64,000 nucleotides of DNA, taken from the NCBI GenBank assembly GCA_966211945.1, contig CBIHOS010000005.1, positions 13,665 through 77,664 on the forward strand, read 5' to 3'. Source of the DNA: an uncultured bacterium (lineage in GTDB: Bacteria; Acidobacteriota; Vicinamibacteria; Vicinamibacterales; Vicinamibacteraceae). The notes under the pieces were generated by a model, which was not told the DNA's origin, made no database searches, and worked only from the letters and a program-made list of their open reading frames with translations. The position numbers and the translations under genes were made by a program. This document shows, piece by piece, positions 39,639-47,145 of this stretch; the first letter of the stretch is position 1; each line of letters starts with the position of its first letter.

Positions 39639-41300
39639 GTGTACACGCTGGACGGTCGCCAGAAGAAGGCCCTGCACGCGGCGCTGCTCGCGGCATTCCC
39701 GCGCCACGCGTCGCTCGAGCAGCTGGTCCTGTTCCACCTCGACACGCATCTCGCGGTCGTGGCGGGCGAAGGACCGCTGACCGACGTCGTCTTCCGCCTG
39801 ATGGACTGGGCCGAGGCGCAGGGCCGCCTGGATGCGCTCGTCAACGGCGCGCGCGACGAGAACCCGGAGAACCCGCAGCTCATCGCCTTCGAGCGGCTGG
39901 TGCTGGAGGCCCGCGACACACGCCCGCAGGATTCGGCGCTGCGGCAGTTCGCCGAGCGTGTGCAGCTGGCGCCGGTGATGCCTGCCGATCCGGATCTCGA
40001 GAAGCGCGTCTTCCGGGCGGGCTTTTCGGACATCGCGCAGTGGCGGGCCCGGCTCGGTCAGGCGGAGCTGGCCGTGTGCCGCATCGAGGCGCCGGCGTGG
40101 CGCGCCCTCGGCACCGGCTTTCTGGTCGGGCCCGATCTGGTCGTGACCAACCGGCATGTCGTGGACGCGCTCGCGTCCGATCCGGCGCCGCCGCTGGTGG
40201 CGCGCTTCGACTTCAAGGTCTCGCCCGACGGCACGCGGCTCCGCGAGGGCCGGACCTTCGGCCTGGCCCGCGACTGGCTCGTGGCGAGCAGCCCGGTTGC
40301 CGAGCTCGACTTCGCAGTGGTGCGGCTCGACGCCCGTGCCGGCGACCTCGCTCCGGGTGGAACGTCGGGCGCGCCGCCGCGCGGCTGGATCACGCCGGCC
40401 TGGCGCGACCTCGAAGCCGACGAGACGCTGTTCGTGATCCAGCACCCGCAGGGGGACGCGCTGAAGCTGGCGGCCGGGCGCTTCGATCGGCGCGAGCCGA
40501 CTAGGCTGCGCTACCGCGTGGACACCGAGCCCGGTTCGTCGGGATCGCCGTGCTTCACCGCGCAGCTCGAGCTCGTCGCCCTGCACCGCGGCGCCGCCGA
40601 GGGGGCTGCCAACCAGGGCGTGCCGTTCGACGCCATCGTCGCGGCCCTGCCGGATGCCGTGCGCGCGTCGATGCAGCCGTTCGTGGTCACCGTGCCGGCG
40701 ACCGACAGCGCGCCCGACACGGACGCGCCGGCCCGTGCCGGTGTGGAGCGCCTGCCCAACGCGCCGCTCACGCCGGCGGCATCGACGGCGGCGCGGCGCC
40801 GGCCGGTTGTCGTTGCCGCGGCGATGCTGGTGGTGGCGCTCACGGGTGCCGTGGCGTGGTGGCGCCCGTGGACGGCGGCAGGCGGCACGCGATCGCCCAC
40901 GCCGCCGCCGATCGCGGTGCGGGAGATCTCGGTGCCCTTCGAATGGGCGCGCGTGGCGGACACTCGCGGTTCGTGCGAGTCGGCTGGAGGTGTGACGCGG
41001 GCGCTCTACCGCGGGCAGTCGCAGGGCGCCTGGCCGGCCACCAGGGGACAGCGGGCCCGCGAGTTGCTGCTCGTTGCCTACCAGACGGTGGCCATCGAGC
41101 AGGTGACCGCGTCGATGGCCGGCAACAGCGAGGCGCTGAGCGTCCTGGGCGGCACGGCCAACCGCGACGTTGCGCGCAAGCTGCAGTTCCCGGCCGCCGT
41201 CACCGCGCCGGTCGTCGTCGTCGCCTGCGTCCGGACGCCGCTGCCCGCGCCCGAGGCGCCGCCGTTCCGTGTGTCGACCTGGAGGGAGGTCACGCCATGA
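39639..41300 (+). CDS. EAD1 - trypsin-like (S1) serine peptidase - transmembrane helix - extracytoplasmic domain
   Basis: N-terminal LHAALLAAFP...LEQLV...VVFRLMDWAEAQGRLDALVNGARDENPENPQL (EAD1-like); TNRHVV (H), LDFAVV (D), PGSSGSP (S); TM ~40806-40860. Confidence 0.8.
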   Translation: MYTLDGRQKKALHAALLAAFPRHASLEQLVLFHLDTHLAVVAGEGPLTDVVFRLMDWAEAQGRLDALVNGARDENPENPQLIAFERLVLEARDTRPQDSALRQFAERVQLAPVMPADPDLEKRVFRAGFSDIAQWRARLGQAELAVCRIEAPAWRALGTGFLVGPDLVVTNRHVVDALASDPAPPLVARFDFKVSPDGTRLREGRTFGLARDWLVASSPVAELDFAVVRLDARAGDLAPGGTSGAPPRGWITPAWRDLEADETLFVIQHPQGDALKLAAGRFDRREPTRLRYRVDTEPGSSGSPCFTAQLELVALHRGAAEGAANQGVPFDAIVAALPDAVRASMQPFVVTVPATDSAPDTDAPARAGVERLPNAPLTPAASTAARRRPVVVAAAMLVVALTGAVAWWRPWTAAGGTRSPTPPPIAVREISVPFEWARVADTRGSCESAGGVTRALYRGQSQGAWPATRGQRARELLLVAYQTVAIEQVTASMAGNSEALSVLGGTANRDVARKLQFPAAVTAPVVVVACVRTPLPAPEAPPFRVSTWREVTP

Positions 41301-42085
41301 GACCGCTTCGCCTGGTGTCGCTCGCCATACCGTTCGCGCTGCTGCTGGCGTGCCGCGATGAACCGCCCGCACCGCCGCCGGCCGCGCCCGAGGCGACCGC
41401 GGTGCTGTTCGGCCGCGTCCTCGGCTCCGATCACACGGCGGCCGTGCCTGCCGACTGGCAGGCGCGGGTGACGGCGGAGTACGAGGACGGCACCAGCGTG
41501 GCGCCGCGCGATCGCGACAGCAATGGCGACCTGTTCGCGTTCAAGGTGGTGCCAGGCAAGCGGGTGCGCCTCTACTTCGAGGCGGTGCCGTACCAGGCGG
41601 CGGTCAGCGAGGCGTTCGACGTGACGTCAGAGCGCAGTTACGCGTTTCGCGTCCCCGACATCGTGATGGACCGCATCCGCTGGACGATGGCGTTGTTTGC
41701 CAAGGGCAACGGCGAAGCGTTCGGCCGGAATCTGGAAGCGCAGGCGGCCGTGGCCGAGAAGACGGGCTCGGCGGACATCTTCCGCGCCAACCTGGAGTTC
41801 CTCCGGAAGGCCTCTGCGCGGTTCCCGGACTGCATGCGCAAGCTCGAGGCGTTCGAGCGCACGCCGCGCGGCGTCGCCTTGACCCGCCAGGCCGAGGCGC
41901 GCGGAGTGCCGGTGTCGCTGCTGCAGACGCTTGTCGCATCGCCAGCCCGCGCGGCGCAGGAGGAGCCGGAGGCACTGCGCACGCTGGCCGCCAATCCGCG
42001 ACTGGCGCGGTCGCTCCGCAACGAGGCGACCCGCGCGCTTGCTGCCGTACCCACGTTGCCCTCGCCCACACGCCCGAACAGGTAG
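41297..42085 (+). CDS. Putative lipoprotein, last gene of the protease operon
   Basis: MRPLRLVSLAIPFALLLA-C lipobox-like signal; ATGA overlap with the upstream gene. Confidence 0.7.
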   Translation: MRPLRLVSLAIPFALLLACRDEPPAPPPAAPEATAVLFGRVLGSDHTAAVPADWQARVTAEYEDGTSVAPRDRDSNGDLFAFKVVPGKRVRLYFEAVPYQAAVSEAFDVTSERSYAFRVPDIVMDRIRWTMALFAKGNGEAFGRNLEAQAAVAEKTGSADIFRANLEFLRKASARFPDCMRKLEAFERTPRGVALTRQAEARGVPVSLLQTLVASPARAAQEEPEALRTLAANPRLARSLRNEATRALAAVPTLPSPTRPNR

Positions 42086-42132
42086 GGCGCGCCGCCTCCG
42101 CAGGAAGGTAGGCCCGTTGTCCCAACGCGGCC
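42082..42132. repeat. Two GTAG REP-like units
   Basis: GTAG at 42082 overlaps the stop codon; 42108-42132 matches 17509-17534. Confidence 0.65.
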
Positions 42133-42139
42133 CGACGTA

Positions 42140-42442
42140 TCACGACGACGGCGGCGTGTATCCGTCGACGATCAGCGCCTTGCCGACCGAGTTGGCCTGC
42201 CGCACCCGCAGCGCGTCCTGGTAGTCGTCAGAGAAGTACCAGGCCTTGGCGGCGTCGACAGACGCGAACTCGACGACGACGATCCGCTGCGGGTTCCAGT
42301 CGCCTTCGAGCGTCGTGACCTCGCCGCCGCGCACGACGAAGCGGCCGCCGTGCCGCGCGACGCTGGCCCCGGCCAGGTCGCGGTAGGCCGCATAGGGCTC
42401 GGAGTTGGTGATGGTGACTTCGACGATGACGAAGGCGCTCAT
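42140..42442 (-). CDS. DUF1330-family protein
   Basis: YAAYRDLAGASVARHGGRFVVRGG, VVVEFASVDAAKAWYFSDDYQ. Confidence 0.88.
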   Translation of the reverse strand: MSAFVIVEVTITNSEPYAAYRDLAGASVARHGGRFVVRGGEVTTLEGDWNPQRIVVVEFASVDAAKAWYFSDDYQDALRVRQANSVGKALIVDGYTPPSS

Positions 42443-42450
42443 ACAAGCAG

Positions 42451-42506
42451 ATCGGGCATCGGGTATCGGGTATCGGGTATCGGGTATCGGGTACCGGGTA
42501 CCGGGC
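42451..42506. repeat. Heptamer tandem array A(T/C)CGGG(T/C) x8
   Basis: Read directly; reverse complement of the ACCCGAT/ACCCGGT arrays at 24707 and 55930. Confidence 0.9.
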
Positions 42507-42508
42507 GA

Positions 42509-43336
42509 TTATGACGCCAGCGAGTCCGGCGCGGTTGCTGGTGTCGCTGCAACCGGAGTCGCATCTTCGTAGCCGAGTTCGCGGGAGATGGCCAGAGCGG
42601 TCTGGAGTACCCGTGCAGCGATCTCGTCGATCGATTCGGCTGTGATCCGATCGGTGTTGCCCGAGACGCTGACGGCGGCGACGACGCGGCCATCGCGGTT
42701 CCAGACCGGTGCACCGATACAGCGGCCGCCGAGCTCTTCCTCCTGGTCGTCGAGCGCATAGCCGGCGGCCCGGACGCGCGCCAACTCCTGCTTCAGGCGG
42801 GCCGGCGAAACGATCGTGTACTCGTTGTGGCGCAGCAGGCCTCGCTCGGCAATCAAGCGGTCGACGTCCTCCTCGACGATGTGCGCGATCAGGCACTTGC
42901 CGAGACTCGTGCAGTGCGCGTCCATGCGCTTGCCCACCCAGGTCGCGATGCGATGCACGCCCGGACGATCGACCTTGGCGACGATCGTCACCTCGTCGCG
43001 TTCGAGCACAGCCAGGTGCGCGGTCATGCGCGTGTCGGCGACGAGCGACCGGAGCATCGGCGTCGCCCGCTCCCGCAGGACCACGCTGTCCAGCGTCATC
43101 CCGGCGATGTCCACGAGCTTGAGACCGGTCACGTAGCGCCCGGTGGCCTCCTCGCGCTGCAGATAGCCCTCGCGCTCGAGCGTCAGCACCAGAGTGTGGA
43201 CCGAGCTCTTCGGGAAGTCGAAGTACCGGGTCAGCTGCGCGAACGTCAGGCCGCGCCGCGACCGGGAGATCCGCTCGAGGATGGCAAGACCCCGCTGCAG
43301 GGCCGGGACCGACGGTGTCTTGGAGGCTCGCATCAT
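42509..43336 (-). CDS. IclR-family transcriptional regulator
   Basis: VPALQRGLAILE, PKSSVHTLVLTL, HCTSLGKCL, GYALDDQEEELGGRCIGAPV. Confidence 0.93.
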   Translation of the reverse strand: MMRASKTPSVPALQRGLAILERISRSRRGLTFAQLTRYFDFPKSSVHTLVLTLEREGYLQREEATGRYVTGLKLVDIAGMTLDSVVLRERATPMLRSLVADTRMTAHLAVLERDEVTIVAKVDRPGVHRIATWVGKRMDAHCTSLGKCLIAHIVEEDVDRLIAERGLLRHNEYTIVSPARLKQELARVRAAGYALDDQEEELGGRCIGAPVWNRDGRVVAAVSVSGNTDRITAESIDEIAARVLQTALAISRELGYEDATPVAATPATAPDSLAS

Positions 43337-43376
43337 GCACGCTCCCGGGCGAACCGCGACGACACGGCCGCCGTTG

Positions 43377-43398
43377 CGTGTCCACCACGCTGGACACG
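43377..43398. promoter_or_regulatory. Palindromic operator CGTGTCCA-N6-TGGACACG (candidate IclR site)
   Basis: Perfect 8-bp inverted repeat between divergent iclR and SDR; core recurs at 47063 and 58203. Confidence 0.65.
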
Positions 43399-43462
43399 AA
43401 ATTGCGCGACGGCGTCGGTCGCGTTGACAGGGCTCGTGGGCCACCGGAGAATGCCGGCCCAC

Positions 43463-44212
43463 ATGGCTCGACTCGAAGGCAAGGGCGCGATCGTCACGGG
43501 TGCAGCGCACGGAATCGGCCGCGCGATCGCCGAATGCTTCGCCGGCCACGGCGCGCACGTCACGCTCGTCGACGTGGACGTCGCGGCCGGCGACAAGGCG
43601 GCCGCCGCGATCCGGCACACCGGCGGGCGCGCGATCTTCCATGCCGCCGACGTGTCGTCGCCGTCCGAAGTCGCCAGGGCCGTGACGGCTGCCGTCGGGG
43701 CTGCCGGGCGGCTCGACGTGCTCTGCAACAACGCGGCACACCTCGGCGAGTTCCACGCGGTGCTGGAATCGACGGCCGACGAGTGGGACAAGTGCATCCA
43801 GGTCGCCCTGCTCGGCACGCACCACTGCACGCGCGAGGTCCTGCCCCATCTGTTGGCCGCCGGTGGCGGCTCGATCGTCAACATCGTGTCCATCCAGGCC
43901 ATGGTGGGCTGCCCCACCTCAGTGGCATATACGACGACGAAGGCCGGTCTGCTCGGCTACACGCTCAGCGCCGCCTTCGACTACGGCCCGCGCAACGTGC
44001 GCGTGAACGCCCTGTGCCCCGGCCCGATCCAGACGCGCATCTCGCCTCACCCCGGCGACCCGGCTTACGACTGGCAGTGTCAGCAGACCATGCTCGGCCG
44101 TGTCGGCACCGTCACCGAGGTCGCCCACGCCGCGCTGTTCCTCGCCTCGGACGAGGCATCCTATGTCACCGGCGCCGTCATCCCTGTCGATGGCGGGTGG
44201 ACGGCCAAGTGA
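43463..44212 (+). CDS. Classical SDR-family oxidoreductase
   Basis: TGAAHGIG, CNNAA, YTTTK, VNALCPG. Alternative start at 43451. Confidence 0.92.
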   Translation: MARLEGKGAIVTGAAHGIGRAIAECFAGHGAHVTLVDVDVAAGDKAAAAIRHTGGRAIFHAADVSSPSEVARAVTAAVGAAGRLDVLCNNAAHLGEFHAVLESTADEWDKCIQVALLGTHHCTREVLPHLLAAGGGSIVNIVSIQAMVGCPTSVAYTTTKAGLLGYTLSAAFDYGPRNVRVNALCPGPIQTRISPHPGDPAYDWQCQQTMLGRVGTVTEVAHAALFLASDEASYVTGAVIPVDGGWTAK

Positions 44213-44213
44213 C

Positions 44214-46964
44214 CTACGGCGTGCCGACCAGCCGCCGGAGCTGGTCCGTGTCGAGCGTCGCCGCCGGCGTGAACGAGTCGCCTGTCGCGTAGCGCAGCAG
44301 CCCGTCGAACAGCGACAGGGCTGCCGGGAACGCCTCGTCGAAATGATCGCGGAAGCGGAGGCTCGTGACCAGCAGCCGGCCTCGACCCACCTTCGCCTCG
44401 AACGCGTAACCGATGCGTGACAGGTCCTTGGTCTTGGCGAGGAAGCTCGCCTTGGTGCGGATGCCGCCGATGATCGGTTCGAGTGCCTTGGGCGCGCGGT
44501 CGAGCACGACCGGCGTCGCGCCGTCCATGAGGTTGTAGAACTGCAGATCGGCGAAGCCCCGGTGCGGGAAGCCGGCGAGCGCGGGGTGGCGTTCGGCGAC
44601 GACGGTCCCGAGGGCGCCGCCCGCCGCCGGAAAGAAGCTCACTTCGGTGCGGTCCTGCCCGCGTGTCTGGTCCTGCATCAGCCAGACCCGCCCGCCGGCG
44701 TGCAGGTGATCCAGCGCCGCCTCGTCGAGCGTCGGCGTCAGGAGCAGCCCGTCGCCGGCCGTCATGCCGCGCGTGTCGCGCACGAAGGGGTAGAGGCGGT
44801 TGATGCCGGCCCACTTCACCGCGGACCGCACCGGCGTCGACGGCGACCCGAGCCGCGCATCGCGCGGAAACGCCCAGAACGTCCAGGCGTTGGCCTCGCC
44901 GCCGGCCACGCTGATCGACAGTTCGAGTTGCTGCGGCGCCGTCACGGTCATGGCGGGCAGCGTGATCGACGCAACCGGGCCCACGGTGCCGAGCGCCTGG
45001 CTGATCGGGATCGAATCGCCGGCCACCTTCCGACCGTCGGCGGTGAGTGCCCAGGTCAGCGGCGCGCCGGCGAGCGCCGTGGATCCATAGTTGGAGAGCA
45101 GCACGTCGACGGTTCGGGGGGCGTCGCTCCAGTACGCACGATCGCCGACCCCGGCATCGATCATCGGCAGGACGCTCGCGTTGATCGCGCGCCCCTCGGC
45201 CGGCGTGATGTGCTTGGGCTGCCAGAAGTAGTCGAACCAGCCTTCTTCCCAGGAGTCGCCTTCGCCGGTGCCGCCGGGGAAGTCGACGATCAGCCAGTAG
45301 TGGTAGCCGGTCACGTCCTGCCGCTGCCGCACGCGCTCGATCTGGTACTTGCGCCCGAGTTGCTGCAGCCGCTGCGAATTGCGGACGTAGACCGGGTAGC
45401 GGTCGGCGACGCCGTGCTCGTTCACCCAGTTCGTCTTTGCATCGAGCCAGCCTGGCAGGAAGACGCCGGTGAACTTGTCCTTCAGCGCGATGTCCGGCAG
45501 CGAGCAGTAGTACTCACCGAACTCGTGCTTCACGACCGGCAGGTCTGGCACGCCCGTGCCGTAGTGGCTCACGAGGTCAGTCGGCTTCATCACGTAGCCG
45601 TCATTGGAGAGCACGAGGCCATCCGGGTGCAGCGACTTGGCGAGCGTGTAGAACTCGGCGACCGTGTCGAGGAAGGTCTTGCGCTCGGCGTCGGTCTCGA
45701 GCCACGTGAGGTTGAACTCGTTGCCGAACGCCAGCGAGAGCAGCGACGGGCGGTTGCGGTACGCGAGCACGACATCGATCAGTTCCTGGCGCAGCAGGTC
45801 GCGGTGGGGCAGCACGTACTGCGTGTAGGCGGCCGGCAGTTCGGCCATCACGAGCAGCCCGACCTCGTCGGCGGCGCGGAAGAACTCCTCGGGCGGCGTC
45901 ATCGAGTGGAAGCGCACCGTGTTGAACCCGAAATCGCGGGCCCGCCGCAGGCGCTCGCGGTAGACATCCGGCGACGAGGGCGGGAAGCCGGTCAGCACCT
46001 CGATGTTGTCGTCGCCGTAGCCGCGCAGGTAGATCGGCGTGCCGTTCAGCAGGAGGACGTTGCCGCGCGTCGTGAACTGGCGCATCCCGAAGCGCTCGTC
46101 GAGCTGGTCGACATCCTGCCGGCCGCGCCGCAGGGTGATGCGCGCGGTGTACAGGTGCGGATCCTCGGGTGTCCACAGTCGCGCGCCAGGCATCGGCACG
46201 ACGACCGTCGCCTCGCCCTTGCCGTTGGCGGCGACGGTGATCGAGGCGCGGCCCGTGGCGCGCGGGCCGACCGCCACGCTGACCTCGCCCGAGAACGCGT
46301 TCGCCTCCCGGTTCGCGACGGACACGACGAAGCGCGCCGTGCGCTGGGTGACGTCGGGGCGCACGTACACCTGCGCGATCGCGGTGGGGCTCGTCGCGTG
46401 CAACTCGACGCTGCCGTACACCCCGCCCCAGTTGCCGATGTAGTTGAGCATCCCGGTCGGCTGATCGCCCTTCTGCTCGCGCGGTCCTTCGAGCGGCACC
46501 GCGCCGGGGTTGGCGATGCGCAGCGCCACGACGTTGCTCGATCCCGGACGGATCGCCTCGGTGACGTCGAACGCGAACGGCGCGCTGAAGCCGCGGTGAC
46601 TTCCGACCTGGCGGCCGTTGACGTACACCGTGGTCTCGCGATGCGCGCCGCCGATCCGCAGCGACACGGCCTTGCCGCGCCACGTCGCCGGCACGTCGAT
46701 GGTCCGGCGATACCAGGCGACACCGGCGTAGTCGTGGCGCAGCGTCCCCTTCGGCTCGCCGACGCCTTGCGCCTGCCAGGCTCCGGGCACGGCGATGGTG
46801 CGCGGGAAGGCCACGCTCCCCGACGCCCACCCCTGCGCCTCGCCTTCCGCTTGCGGGTCCTGCCGGAACGACCAGGTGCCGTCGAGCGGCAGGGACGCGC
46901 GCTGCGCATGGGCGAACGCGGGGACGGTGAAGAGTGCGAGCAGGGTCGCCAGCGCGAGACGCAT
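44214..46964 (-). CDS. Secreted glycoside hydrolase family 2
   Basis: Signal peptide; AWYRRTIDVP, LWTPEDPHLY, FGMRQF, RNRPSLLSLAFGNEF (acid/base), VKHEFG (nucleophile). Confidence 0.85.
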   Translation of the reverse strand: MRLALATLLALFTVPAFAHAQRASLPLDGTWSFRQDPQAEGEAQGWASGSVAFPRTIAVPGAWQAQGVGEPKGTLRHDYAGVAWYRRTIDVPATWRGKAVSLRIGGAHRETTVYVNGRQVGSHRGFSAPFAFDVTEAIRPGSSNVVALRIANPGAVPLEGPREQKGDQPTGMLNYIGNWGGVYGSVELHATSPTAIAQVYVRPDVTQRTARFVVSVANREANAFSGEVSVAVGPRATGRASITVAANGKGEATVVVPMPGARLWTPEDPHLYTARITLRRGRQDVDQLDERFGMRQFTTRGNVLLLNGTPIYLRGYGDDNIEVLTGFPPSSPDVYRERLRRARDFGFNTVRFHSMTPPEEFFRAADEVGLLVMAELPAAYTQYVLPHRDLLRQELIDVVLAYRNRPSLLSLAFGNEFNLTWLETDAERKTFLDTVAEFYTLAKSLHPDGLVLSNDGYVMKPTDLVSHYGTGVPDLPVVKHEFGEYYCSLPDIALKDKFTGVFLPGWLDAKTNWVNEHGVADRYPVYVRNSQRLQQLGRKYQIERVRQRQDVTGYHYWLIVDFPGGTGEGDSWEEGWFDYFWQPKHITPAEGRAINASVLPMIDAGVGDRAYWSDAPRTVDVLLSNYGSTALAGAPLTWALTADGRKVAGDSIPISQALGTVGPVASITLPAMTVTAPQQLELSISVAGGEANAWTFWAFPRDARLGSPSTPVRSAVKWAGINRLYPFVRDTRGMTAGDGLLLTPTLDEAALDHLHAGGRVWLMQDQTRGQDRTEVSFFPAAGGALGTVVAERHPALAGFPHRGFADLQFYNLMDGATPVVLDRAPKALEPIIGGIRTKASFLAKTKDLSRIGYAFEAKVGRGRLLVTSLRFRDHFDEAFPAALSLFDGLLRYATGDSFTPAATLDTDQLRRLVGTP

Positions 46965-47062
46965 CGGAAGAAGGTTCCTCTGGATTGGCAGGACGGACTG
47001 GCGCCGTTGTACCCCGGTCGGGCCGGACATGGCACCGCGTGGCCGGCGACAGCCACTGTCCA

Positions 47063-47078
47063 GTCCAATTAGCTGGAA
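47063..47078. promoter_or_regulatory. Second copy of the operator (GTCCA-N6-TGGAA)
   Basis: 9/10 match to the core, between divergent GH2 and six-hairpin genes. Confidence 0.5.
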
Positions 47079-47145
47079 TCTACAGCCGCGCCGGCCGCAG
47101 GTCGGGACCCTCGGGACCGCCGGCCTTGCGTACCATGCGCGGCAC

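Noticed and set aside
26860-42085. Protease operon as a recently acquired mobile island
   Set aside because: No integrase, transposase, tRNA or flanking direct repeats seen; composition looks similar to the flanks by eye (not computed).
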